64,000 nt of DNA from an uncultured Actinomycetes bacterium (GTDB taxonomy: Bacteria > Actinomycetota > Thermoleophilia > RBG-16-64-13): NCBI GenBank assembly GCA_963841735.1, contig CAWJDT010000001.1, positions 1,696,001 to 1,760,000 on the forward strand, read 5' to 3'. Made by a program: the position numbers and the translations under genes. The notes beneath the pieces were generated by a model. It saw nothing but the letters and a program-made list of their open reading frames with translations. It ran no database searches and was not told the origin of the DNA. This document shows positions 30,632 to 39,582 of the stretch, in pieces. Position 1 is the first letter of the stretch, and each line of letters begins with the position of its first letter.

Positions 30632-30691
30632 CGGCGGCCGAGTGAGCCGCCTGCCGGCAGCCCATCGCCGCCCGTCAGCCGTGACCACGTG

Positions 30692-31495
30692 ATGTTCATC
30701 GATTCTCACACCCACCTGGACCACTGCCGCGAAGGCGCGGCTGAGCTGCTGGCCCACGCCCGCGCGGCCGGGGTGGGCCTTATCATCCAGTCCGGCACCG
30801 ACCTGGAGCGCTCGCGCCGCTCGGTGGAGCTGGCGGAACAGTTTCCCGAGGTGTATGCCACCGTGGGATATCACCCGAGCGAAGCAGGTGTGATGGATGC
30901 CCGCGGTTGGGCGGCGATCGAGCGATGGACCGCGAATCCCCGAGTGGTGGCAGTGGGAGAGACGGGGTTCGACTACTACCACGACAACTGGCCTCACGAG
31001 GTGCAGAGCGAGGTGTTTGTGTGCCATATCGAATTGGCCCGGCGCGCCGGGCTGCCGGTGGTGGTGCACACGCGCGAAGCGGCGGAGGACACGCTCGCCA
31101 CGTTGGCCGAGCGCGCGGCCGGGCTGACTGTAGTGTTGCACTGTTTCTCTCTGCCGGGGCTGCTCGACGAGGTGGTCGAGCGGGGCTACTACCTGAGCTT
31201 CGCGGGCAACGTGACCTACAAGAACGCGGTTGACCTGCAGGTGGCCGCCCAGGCGGTGCCGGCGCATCTGCTGCTGTTGGAGACCGATGCGCCTTGGCTG
31301 ACGCCCATGCCCCTGCGCGGCCGTCCCAACCGCCCGGGGCTGGTGGCCGGCGTGTATGAGTTTGTGGCGGGATTGCGTGGGGTGGGCGTGGACGAGTTGG
31401 CCACGCAGATCGAGGAGAACGCGAGGACCGCTTTTCCCCGGCTGAGGTCGGAGCCGGTGTCTGGGCCGAACGCCGGGCCGAGGAGCGCGTCGTGA
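30692..31495 (+). CDS. tatD: TatD-family hydrolase
   Basis: IDSHTHL, VGYHP, VGETGFDY, VHTREA, LHCF, LLETDAPWLTP. Confidence 0.93.
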   Translation: MFIDSHTHLDHCREGAAELLAHARAAGVGLIIQSGTDLERSRRSVELAEQFPEVYATVGYHPSEAGVMDARGWAAIERWTANPRVVAVGETGFDYYHDNWPHEVQSEVFVCHIELARRAGLPVVVHTREAAEDTLATLAERAAGLTVVLHCFSLPGLLDEVVERGYYLSFAGNVTYKNAVDLQVAAQAVPAHLLLLETDAPWLTPMPLRGRPNRPGLVAGVYEFVAGLRGVGVDELATQIEENARTAFPRLRSEPVSGPNAGPRSAS

Positions 31496-32364
31496 GCCCA
31501 AGGGGACCGGGGGACGGCCCCGCATCCGGCGAGTCGGCGCTGCGGCAGGTGTCGCTGGCCCGCATCAAGGAGTTCGGCATAACGCCCAAGCGGGATCTGG
31601 GGCAGAATTTTCTAATCGACGACAACATCCTGGGGGTGATCCTCGGTTATCTGCAATGCACCCCCCAAGACGTGGCGCTGGAGATCGGTGCCGGCCTGGG
31701 GGTGTTGACCGCGGCGCTGGCGGGGGTGGCTCGGCATGTTCACGCGTTCGAGGTGGATAGGAGTTTGGAGGCGCCACTGCAGGCCACCCTCCAGGGTGAT
31801 CCCAAGGTGACGCTGCATTTTCAGGACGTGCTGAGGGCTCCGCTCGAGGCGCTTGATCCGCTCCCTACGGTGTGCGCCAGCAATCTGCCCTACTCGGTGG
31901 CCGGTCCGTCGGTGGTCGAAGCGCTGCAACGACTGCCGAGCGTGCGCCGCTACTGTGTGATGGTGCAGCGCGAAGTGGCCGAGAGGATGGCCTCCGCTCC
32001 CGGCACCAAGGTCTACGGAGTGCTCTCCGTGTGGGTGCAGCTATACGCCACCATCGAGCGGGTGCGCCCGCTGGCACGGTCGATCTTCTATCCTCAGCCG
32101 CACGTCGATTCGAGCCTGCTGGTGCTTGAGCGTCTGCCGGCCGAGCGTCTGCCGGCGTGCGAGCCGGAGCGGCTGCGAGTTGTTATCCAGGCGGCCTTCG
32201 GCCAGCGGCGCAAGACGTTGGCGAACGCGCTAAGCGCCGGGCTGGGACTGCCTCGCGAACGGGTGCTGGAGGTGATCGGCGAACTCGGCCTGCCTGCCGA
32301 CGTGCGGGCGGAGCGGCTTCAGCCGGGGCAGTTTGTGGAGTTGGCCGAGCGGATCCTCGACTGA
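31492..32364 (+). CDS. rsmA: 16S rRNA A1518/A1519 dimethyltransferase
   Basis: LGQNFL, LEIGAGLG, SNLPYS, MVQREVAER, PHVDS, AFGQRRKTL. Confidence 0.95.
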   Translation: MSPRGPGDGPASGESALRQVSLARIKEFGITPKRDLGQNFLIDDNILGVILGYLQCTPQDVALEIGAGLGVLTAALAGVARHVHAFEVDRSLEAPLQATLQGDPKVTLHFQDVLRAPLEALDPLPTVCASNLPYSVAGPSVVEALQRLPSVRRYCVMVQREVAERMASAPGTKVYGVLSVWVQLYATIERVRPLARSIFYPQPHVDSSLLVLERLPAERLPACEPERLRVVIQAAFGQRRKTLANALSAGLGLPRERVLEVIGELGLPADVRAERLQPGQFVELAERILD

Positions 32365-32401
32365 GACGCAGAGAGTGCAGAGCACTACCATCGGAGAAGA
32401 C

Positions 32402-33169
32402 ATGCCCGAGGCGCTAAAGGACAAGATAGCGATAATCACCGGGGCCGGCCGGGGTTTGGGTAAGGCCTTTGCTTTCAAGTACGCGGCGGAGGGCGCCAAG
32501 CTGCTCCTGCCCGACCTCAGCCTGGAGAGAGCTGAGAAGACCGCCGAGGACATTCGAGCCAAGGGTGGGCAGGCCGTGGCCATGGAGACCGACATCTCAG
32601 ACGAAAGCGCTACCCAGGCCGTCGCCGAGAAGGCCCTGGAACTCTATGGCGGCGCGGACATCCTGCTTAACAACGCCGGCCACATCTACGGCGTGGAACC
32701 CCGACCCTGGGATGCCTGGACCGTGGAGCTCTGGGACAAGTTTTTTGCAGTCAATGTCAGGGGGACCTGGCTGATGTGCAAAGCCGTGGCTCCTTTGATG
32801 GCGGAGCGGGGGCGCGGCAAGATCATCAACATCGCCTCGGATGTTCCCAGACTGCCGCCTTCGGCCGTGCTGCTTCCCTATGCCTGCAGCAAGGTCGCCG
32901 TCCACGAGATCACGCATGCGCTGGCCCGGGCACTGGGCCCTTCTGGCATCTGCGTCAACGCCATCGCACCGGGGTTTACGGCAACCGAGTCCACCTCGAC
33001 TGTGTCGCACAGTGAGCAGATGTTCGCCGCGACAATCGCCGCGCAGTGCATCAAGCGGCGGGAAGAGCCCGAGGACCTCGTCGGGGCTGCCGTGTTCTTG
33101 GCTTCGGACGGTTCGGACATGGTCACGGGGCAGTTGCTCATGGTCAATGGTGGTGCCGCCTTCGTGTAG
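32402..33169 (+). CDS. SDR-family oxidoreductase
   Basis: TGAGRGLG, NNAG, YACSK, VNAIAPG, VNGG. Confidence 0.92.
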   Translation: MPEALKDKIAIITGAGRGLGKAFAFKYAAEGAKLLLPDLSLERAEKTAEDIRAKGGQAVAMETDISDESATQAVAEKALELYGGADILLNNAGHIYGVEPRPWDAWTVELWDKFFAVNVRGTWLMCKAVAPLMAERGRGKIINIASDVPRLPPSAVLLPYACSKVAVHEITHALARALGPSGICVNAIAPGFTATESTSTVSHSEQMFAATIAAQCIKRREEPEDLVGAAVFLASDGSDMVTGQLLMVNGGAAFV

Positions 33170-33198
33170 GCGGCCCGGGCGGGCGAACGGCTGCAGCG

Positions 33199-34323
33199 CT
33201 AGCGACTGGTTCCCGTGACTTGTGGAGGCAACGGTGCGCCGGTGCCGCCCTTTGAGCTCCCCAGCGTGGTCAGGTCGACCGCCGCTATCTCCTTGACAAG
33301 TGGTTCCAGGCGCTTCAGCGCCGCCCACACCAGTGCTGTCGCCAGTGGCGAAGGCCGCTTCTTCTGACCAAACGAATAGATCTCAAAGCCCTTGAAGGTG
33401 GAAAGCGGCGTCACGGTGGCGTCGGGGGAGACGTTGTAGGCCAGCAGGCACGCGGCGATCTCCGCCACAGCGGCGCGATCGTCGGGGTGCGAACCGGGGC
33501 CGGACCACGTTTCTGGCAGACGGCCCAGCGTGTCGACGACCTCGTACGCCCCGTACCACGTAGGCGGCCACTTGACTTGTTTGAACTGCCGGCCATGGCC
33601 GAACATGTAGGGCTTGTGTGTCGCCCGCCCCCGCCATACGGCAAGCACTGTGCGCGCGGCTTGCATGAGCTCGGCCGGTCGCTCGGCGAGAGGGAGGCGG
33701 CTGAAGGCACGTAGGGCCTCCAGGGTGGTCTGCGGGCAGCAGTCGCCGACGCGCCCGGGTCCGCGCCAGCTACCCCCGGTCGGCGGCCGGCAGGGCCACG
33801 CGAGTCCCTGCGCGGTCTCGCGCAGATCGGTGACGGCGGTCTTCAAGGCCCGTTGCACCCGGGGATCGTCGCCGCGGCCGAACGCCAGCAACATGTCCAG
33901 GATGCCGTGCGTGTCGCAGAGCAGGGCACCCCACTGGGGAGAATCACCCCCGCGCTGGGCCGCGAACATCTGGAAGCGGCCCTCCTCGTCGGTGTGGGCT
34001 AGCAACTGGTCGAGTAGCCGGTGGATGCGAGCATCATCGCCGGCTCTGACCCCCATCTCGCCGAGCAGGTCCAACAGGTTGGTGGCCACAAGCGGTTTGT
34101 CGTGTCCACCCACGCGGTTGTCAATCTCCCAGTCGGGCAGCTGCGCGAGCAGCGCCTGCGTGTCTGGATGGTGGACGGCTGCCTGCTGGGCCGCGATGGC
34201 CTCGGAGGCAGCAGTGTGAAGGCTGGAAAGGCGGGTGAGGGCGATCCAGCGGGCCGCGGGCTCCTCGGAGTAGAGCAGCCACGGCATGGGGTCGGGACGA
34301 TCTAGCGTCGAGAAGAACGACAT
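33199..34323 (-). CDS. Hypothetical protein, possibly prenyltransferase/terpene-cyclase-like helical-repeat family
   Basis: 374-aa ORF; WLL..EP..R start, CDT, WPC, CP..T..AL, WY pattern; function unsupported. Confidence 0.55.
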   Translation of the reverse strand: MSFFSTLDRPDPMPWLLYSEEPAARWIALTRLSSLHTAASEAIAAQQAAVHHPDTQALLAQLPDWEIDNRVGGHDKPLVATNLLDLLGEMGVRAGDDARIHRLLDQLLAHTDEEGRFQMFAAQRGGDSPQWGALLCDTHGILDMLLAFGRGDDPRVQRALKTAVTDLRETAQGLAWPCRPPTGGSWRGPGRVGDCCPQTTLEALRAFSRLPLAERPAELMQAARTVLAVWRGRATHKPYMFGHGRQFKQVKWPPTWYGAYEVVDTLGRLPETWSGPGSHPDDRAAVAEIAACLLAYNVSPDATVTPLSTFKGFEIYSFGQKKRPSPLATALVWAALKRLEPLVKEIAAVDLTTLGSSKGGTGAPLPPQVTGTSR

Positions 34324-34458
34324 CGCAACACCTCATCGGCAAGTATACCGGCGGCTCGCCGAATGACGCCCCCTCCGGTTTGCCCTTGTCTCGCGTGGGG
34401 CATCATCTTGTGAATCGCGAAGCTGGGATCAAGCGGATGCGCCCGCCGAGGAGCTGAC

Positions 34459-35289
34459 GTGACCAAACACAGGATGCCCGTCCTCTTCGTGGGCCACGGC
34501 TCCCCGATGAATGCGATTGAAGACAACGCCTTCAGCCGGAGTTGGACCGCCCTGGGCCGCTCCCTTCCCCTCCCGAAGGCGATCCTCGCCATATCGGCCC
34601 ATTGGTTCACAGGAGGGACTCTGCTGACCGCGGAGGCGCAACCGCGGACCCTCCACGATTTCGGAGGTTTCCCCCCGGAGGTCCACGAGCTGGAGTATCC
34701 CGTGCCCGGCGACACCCACCTTGCCGAGCGGGTGGCGGAACTCTTGGGGCTCGGATCCTCGGCTCTGGTTGCCGATCGGGGCTTGGATCACGGCACCTGG
34801 AGCGTGCTCAGGAGGGCCTACCCAGGGGCAGACGTGCCGGTGGTGCAACTGAGTATCGATATGAGCTTGGACGTCAGGGAGCACCTCGAACTTGCCGGCC
34901 CACTCGTTCGGTTGCGTGATGAGGGAGTGCTGGTGTTCGGCAGCGGCAACATCACGCACAACCTTCGCGACGCGTTCCGGCGCATGTACTCCGGCGAGCG
35001 GTCGGTGCCCGAATGGTCGGTTCGTTTCGACGAGGCCGTAAAGCGGTGTCTCGTGGAGCGCGATACGCTCGGGCTTGTGGGCCTGTGGCCGGGCACCGCC
35101 GACGCGCGCCGCTGCCATCCCACTCCGGACCATTGGTTGCCGCTCATCTACGTGTACGCGGCGATGAGCCGCGAGGATGCCGTCGACTTCCCGGTGGAGG
35201 GGTTCGACTTAGGGCTATCCATGCGGAGCGTGCTTTTCAGCCCGGATCTGCTCACGGCCGGCCCCGAAGGCGCCGATAGGAGAGGGTGA
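34459..35289 (+). CDS. ygiD: DODA-type extradiol dioxygenase (YgiD/LigB family)
   Basis: FVGHGSPMNA, ISAHW, HDFGGFP, GLDHGTW, PVVQLS, GSGNITHNL, HPTPDHWLPL. Confidence 0.92.
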   Translation: MTKHRMPVLFVGHGSPMNAIEDNAFSRSWTALGRSLPLPKAILAISAHWFTGGTLLTAEAQPRTLHDFGGFPPEVHELEYPVPGDTHLAERVAELLGLGSSALVADRGLDHGTWSVLRRAYPGADVPVVQLSIDMSLDVREHLELAGPLVRLRDEGVLVFGSGNITHNLRDAFRRMYSGERSVPEWSVRFDEAVKRCLVERDTLGLVGLWPGTADARRCHPTPDHWLPLIYVYAAMSREDAVDFPVEGFDLGLSMRSVLFSPDLLTAGPEGADRRG

Positions 35290-35358
35290 TATCCTCAGTG
35301 GATGGTGCCCTGCCGCGACGGGTGCCGTAGCACTCCGGCCAGAGAGGAACACAAGACT

Positions 35359-36258
35359 ATGCAAGTCACCAAGAAGGCACCGGCGAAGGTCAATCTTTCG
35401 CTGCTGGTCGGACCCAGGGACGCCGGCGGCATGCACGAGTTGTTCACAGTCTTCGCCCCGGTTGATCTGTACGACCAGCTCGAGATCAACTTGGAGGCTT
35501 GTCCGGCCGGGTGGCTCGAGGGCGACCTGCGGGTCAAATGCCGGGTTGACGAAGGCGAGTCCAACCTGGCTACCAAGGCCCTGCGTGCCTTGGAGCGGCA
35601 CACCGGCTGGGTGTTCACGGGACGGGTGGAGATCGACAAGCGCATCCCCGTGGGCGCCGGCTTGGGGGGCGGTAGCTCCGACGCGGCGTCTGCTCTCCTT
35701 GCCGGTGTGCAGGCTCTATCCGAGGCGGGGGGACCGGTGCCCGAGCGGGCTCAATTGGTGGCCCTGGCTCGAGAGATCGGGGCCGATGTGGCCTTCTTCC
35801 TGGAGCCTCGACCCTCCATCGGGCGGGGAATCGGAGAGATCCTCGAGCCCATCGAACTGCCGGAGCTTTCTTTGGTCCTGGTAGCCTCCGAGCGGCATCT
35901 GTCCACGGAGCGGGTCTACAAGGCGTTTGACGATATGCAGCCGTTCGGGAACCGCGCGGTGTTCGATTTTCGGGCGGACGAGGCCGAGAAGCGCTGGCAT
36001 CAGGCGAGGGACACAGGACAAGTGGCCCGTCTGATGGAGAACGACTTGGAGAAGACCGTCTACGGCCTCATCCCCACTCTGCTGACCGATAGAGAGGTGC
36101 TGGTGAGAGAGGGGGCGACGGCTGCGTTGGTGAGCGGATCCGGACCCACCTTGTACGGGCTGTGCGCCTCTGCCGAGAAGGCCGAGGAAGTGGCCCGCCG
36201 CATGGTGCGGCGAGGCTTCAAGACCCACCTGGCCACAACGTCGCGCGGATTCTCCTGA
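35359..36258 (+). CDS. ispE: 4-diphosphocytidyl-2C-methyl-D-erythritol kinase
   Basis: APAKVNL, KRIPVGAGLGGGSSDAA, IGADVAFF, NDLE, VSGSGPT. Confidence 0.95.
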   Translation: MQVTKKAPAKVNLSLLVGPRDAGGMHELFTVFAPVDLYDQLEINLEACPAGWLEGDLRVKCRVDEGESNLATKALRALERHTGWVFTGRVEIDKRIPVGAGLGGGSSDAASALLAGVQALSEAGGPVPERAQLVALAREIGADVAFFLEPRPSIGRGIGEILEPIELPELSLVLVASERHLSTERVYKAFDDMQPFGNRAVFDFRADEAEKRWHQARDTGQVARLMENDLEKTVYGLIPTLLTDREVLVREGATAALVSGSGPTLYGLCASAEKAEEVARRMVRRGFKTHLATTSRGFS

Positions 36259-36340
36259 ACTCACCCCAGAACGAAGGCACGACCGCGTAGTGCGCACGCA
36301 AACCCGCGTCGCCACCACTTTGAGGCCGGGTTGAGCCGTC

Positions 36341-36369
36341 TTGACCCCCTCCGGTGGCTGACCTATACT
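36341..36369 (+). promoter_or_regulatory. Sigma70 promoter upstream of tRNA-Gln
   Basis: TTGACC-N17-TATACT. Confidence 0.75.
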
Positions 36370-36407
36370 TCCAACGCTCTTGGGCGTGACCCCGGGGCCG
36401 GAAGCAG

Positions 36408-36479
36408 TGGGGCGTGGCCAAGTGGTAAGGCAACGGGTTTTGGTCCCGTCATTCGTAGGTTCGAATCCTGCCGCCCCAG
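36408..36479 (+). tRNA. tRNA-Gln(TTG), CCA not encoded
   Basis: Acceptor TGGGGCG/CGCCCCA; anticodon arm ACGGG-TTTTGGT-CCCGT; T-loop GTTCGAATC. Confidence 0.96.
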
Positions 36480-36521
36480 CTTTTCCTCTCTTTCAGCGAT
36501 CCCATCGAGGTGCAGACGGGT

Positions 36522-37289
36522 ATGAGCGTTCAAATCTCCAGCGTCGTGGTGTTGGCAGCGGGCCAGGGCAAGCGAATGAACTCGCCGCTACCCAAGGTGT
36601 TGCATCAGGTCTGTGGCAGGCCCATGGTGCTCCACGTCATAGATGCCGCTCGGGCCGTAGGCGCTGAGCGCATAGTGGTAGTGCTTGGACACGGTCACGA
36701 GCAGGTGCGTCCGTACCTACCCCCCGATTGCGTGGTGGCGCTGCAGGAGCAGCAATTGGGCACCGGCCACGCCGTGTTGGCGGCCGCCGCCCGGATCCTA
36801 CCGGGTCCCATGCTTGTGCTGCCCGGCGACACCCCGCTGGTCACCGGCGAGGCCTTGGCGGCCCTGGTGAACGATCATAACCTCACCAAAGCCGCGGCCA
36901 CCGTGCTTACCATGGAACTGGAAGACCCCACAGGTTACGGCCGCATCGTGCGCGACACCGACGGCTCGCTACTGCGCATCGTAGAGCATCGTGACGCCAC
37001 CTCCGAGGAGCGCGCCATACGCGAGGTGAACAGCTCCATGTACGTACTTCCGGCGCCCCAAACCATGGACATACTGCGGGAAAGCAGTCCCGACAATGAT
37101 CAGCAGGAGATATACCTCACCGACGTCATCGTAGGCCTGCGTCTGCGGGGACGGAGGGTGGCGGCTTCGAAAGTAGACGATGCTACTCTGGTGCTCGGAG
37201 TGAACTCCCTGGACCAACTGGCTCAGGCGGAACGGCTGATGTGCCGCCGCGAAGGCCGGGAATTGCCGACGGACGGCCTTCAACAGTGA
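36522..37289 (+). CDS. glmU: GlmU uridyltransferase domain only (no acetyltransferase domain)
   Basis: LAAGQGKRM.S..PKVLH, QLGTGHAV, GDTPL, PTGYGRIVR, EVNS, YLTD, GVNS; stop at ~255 aa. Confidence 0.88.
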   Translation: MSVQISSVVVLAAGQGKRMNSPLPKVLHQVCGRPMVLHVIDAARAVGAERIVVVLGHGHEQVRPYLPPDCVVALQEQQLGTGHAVLAAAARILPGPMLVLPGDTPLVTGEALAALVNDHNLTKAAATVLTMELEDPTGYGRIVRDTDGSLLRIVEHRDATSEERAIREVNSSMYVLPAPQTMDILRESSPDNDQQEIYLTDVIVGLRLRGRRVAASKVDDATLVLGVNSLDQLAQAERLMCRREGRELPTDGLQQ

Positions 37290-37330
37290 TACCGTACGGG
37301 GTGAAGAGCACCGACAAGGAGGACCGGGGC

Positions 37331-38332
37331 ATGACAGAGCGGGAACCGCGGCGGTGTGCGCGGCTGACCCCCCAACGTTCGCTGATGGTGTTTTCGGGAC
37401 GGGGGAACCCGGAACTGAGCGCCAAAGTGGCCGATAAGCTTGGCATCGAGCTGGGCCGGGTGGAAATCAAGACCTTCGCCGATGGTGAGATATACGTCAA
37501 GTACGGCGAGAGCGTTCGCGGCGCCGACGTGTTCATCATCCAGCCTACCTGCCGGCCGGTGAACGAGAACCTCATAGAGCTTCTGATCATGATCCAGGCG
37601 GCTCGGCTTGCTTCTGCACACCGTGTCACTGCGGTTGTTCCCTGGATGGGCTACTCCCGGCAAGACAAGAAGAGTTGCCCGCGTGAGCCCATCACCGCGC
37701 GGCTGGTAGCCGACCTCATCCAGGCGGCGGGCGTCGACCGGGTGGTCACCATGGATCTGCACGCCGGCCAGTTGCAGGGATTCTTCAGTGTGCCGGTGGA
37801 CCACATGACCGCCCTCTCCATGATTGCCGACTACTTCAAGATGAAGGGGTTGGCAGTGGAAGACATGGTCATCGTCTCGCCCGACGCCGGTGGCATGAAG
37901 ACCGCGAAGCGCATGGCCGACCGTCTGGGCTGCTCGGTGGCGGTGCTCTCCAAGCTGCGGCCCGAGCATAACGTCTCGAGGGTGATGCACGTCATCGGCG
38001 ACGTGGAGGGCAAGACGGCTATCATGGTGGACGACATAATCGATACCGCCGGCAGTATCGTGAGCGGCGTCGAGGCGCTTGTGAACAATGGTGCCAAGGC
38101 TGTGTACGCCGCATGCACTCACCCGGTTCTGTCGGGTCCCGCCTACGAGCGTTTGGCCGCCTCACCACTGAAAGAAGTCGTGGTCACCGACACGATCCCC
38201 CTGCATGAAGGCCAGGAGCATGGCAAGATTGTGGTACTATCCACGGCCGATATCCTGGCAGATACTATCCGTAGCGTGTTCGCCGACGAGTCGGTGAGCG
38301 AGCTCTTTCAAGGTGAAAATCAGCTGTTCTGA
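37331..38332 (+). CDS. prs: Ribose-phosphate pyrophosphokinase
   Basis: FADGE, YSRQDKK, DLHAGQ, SPDAGG, VDDIIDTAGS, CTHPV. Confidence 0.96.
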   Translation: MTEREPRRCARLTPQRSLMVFSGRGNPELSAKVADKLGIELGRVEIKTFADGEIYVKYGESVRGADVFIIQPTCRPVNENLIELLIMIQAARLASAHRVTAVVPWMGYSRQDKKSCPREPITARLVADLIQAAGVDRVVTMDLHAGQLQGFFSVPVDHMTALSMIADYFKMKGLAVEDMVIVSPDAGGMKTAKRMADRLGCSVAVLSKLRPEHNVSRVMHVIGDVEGKTAIMVDDIIDTAGSIVSGVEALVNNGAKAVYAACTHPVLSGPAYERLAASPLKEVVVTDTIPLHEGQEHGKIVVLSTADILADTIRSVFADESVSELFQGENQLF

Positions 38333-38349
38333 GGGTCGAGGAGATACAC

Positions 38350-39003
38350 ATGGATACCATCAAGCTGTCGGTGAGCGAGCGCGAAGAGACCGGTAACGGT
38401 CCGGCCCGGCGGCTGCGTGCCTTAGGGCGCATTCCGGCCGTGACCTACGGCAAGGACAAGGGAGCCACCGCTATCTCGGTGGACCTAGAAGAGCTGAAGG
38501 TGGCCGCTCGTCACGGTCACAACGCGGTTCTGGAGCTGGACTTTGGCAAAGCGGTCAAGGGGACCAAGGCGAAGAAGGCCACCCACTACGCGGTGGTCAA
38601 GGAGCTCCAGTTCGAGCCCATCACTCGGCATCTGTTGCACGTTGACTTTCATGAGGTCGACTTGGCTGTTGAGATCGAGTCGCCAGTTAGCATCGAGCCG
38701 GTTGGTGTGCCAGCGGGTCTGACCGACGGCGGCGTCTTGGATTGGGAACGGCGTGAAGTAACGGTGCGCGCGCTTCCGCAGGATATGCCTGAAGCCCTTG
38801 AGCTGGATGTGAGCGGGCTCCAAATTGGACACCATCTCTCGGTGGCCGATGTGTCGGCGCCCGCGGGCGTCAACATCGTGGACGATCCCGAGACAGTCCT
38901 TGTCGCTCTTGTCCCGCCGCGGGTCGAGCAGGTGACGGAGACTGAGGCCGACGAAGCCGCGCCCGAGCCAGAAGTGGTGGGCGGCCAGTCTAGCGAGGAG
39001 TAG
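38350..39003 (+). CDS. rplY: 50S ribosomal protein L25/Ctc
   Basis: ARRLR..GRIPAVTYG, QFEPI..LLHVDF, GGVL, LP..MP. Confidence 0.93.
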   Translation: MDTIKLSVSEREETGNGPARRLRALGRIPAVTYGKDKGATAISVDLEELKVAARHGHNAVLELDFGKAVKGTKAKKATHYAVVKELQFEPITRHLLHVDFHEVDLAVEIESPVSIEPVGVPAGLTDGGVLDWERREVTVRALPQDMPEALELDVSGLQIGHHLSVADVSAPAGVNIVDDPETVLVALVPPRVEQVTETEADEAAPEPEVVGGQSSEE

Positions 39004-39015
39004 TCACCGGGCGGA

Positions 39016-39582
39016 GTGGCAACTGACGCGATCCATCTGGTCGTCGCTCTGGGCAATCCCGGCTCGGGGTACCAGTTCCATCGCCACAACGCTGGTTTCA
39101 TGGTGGGGGAGGAGCTGAGGCAGCGCCACGGGCTGCCTCAGTTGCGTTCGCGTTTCCAGGCGCTGGCCGCTGAGGGCGATATGGCGGGCACAAGCGTGTT
39201 GCTTCTGCTGCCTCAGACCTTCATGAATCTGTCAGGCAAAGCCGTGGCTGAGGCCGCGCGCAAGTACCGGATCCCGGTGGAGCGGATGCTGGTGTTGCAC
39301 GATGAGGTGGAGATTCCTTTTGGGGAGGTACGGCTCAAAGAGGGACAGGGCCTGGGGGGCCACAACGGCCTGCGCAGCCTGGAGCAATCGCTCGGATCGC
39401 GAGACTTCTGGCGGGTGCGGGTGGGCGTAGGCCGTCCGGAGCAAGCGGGCCGGCCTCTTATCGACCACGTTCTTGCCTCTTTCAGTGAATCCCGCGAGGA
39501 TGTGCTTTTGCTGGTCCGGCGCGCCGCCGATGTGGCAGACGAGTGGCTGGCCGCGCGGAGTGGCAGTCCATGCCCCGTCTGA
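39016..39582 (+). CDS. pth: Peptidyl-tRNA hydrolase
   Basis: LGNPG..RHNAGF, PQTFMNLSG, HDE, GGHNGLRS, RVRVGVGRP. Confidence 0.95.
   Translation: MATDAIHLVVALGNPGSGYQFHRHNAGFMVGEELRQRHGLPQLRSRFQALAAEGDMAGTSVLLLLPQTFMNLSGKAVAEAARKYRIPVERMLVLHDEVEIPFGEVRLKEGQGLGGHNGLRSLEQSLGSRDFWRVRVGVGRPEQAGRPLIDHVLASFSESREDVLLLVRRAADVADEWLAARSGSPCPV

Noticed and set aside
30632-30690. Weak 7-nt periodic GCCNNNN pattern between metG and tatD
   Set aside because: Too degenerate to distinguish from GC-rich background.
29510-31525. 671-aa minus-strand ORF
   Set aside because: Shadow of metG and tatD with no recognisable motifs.
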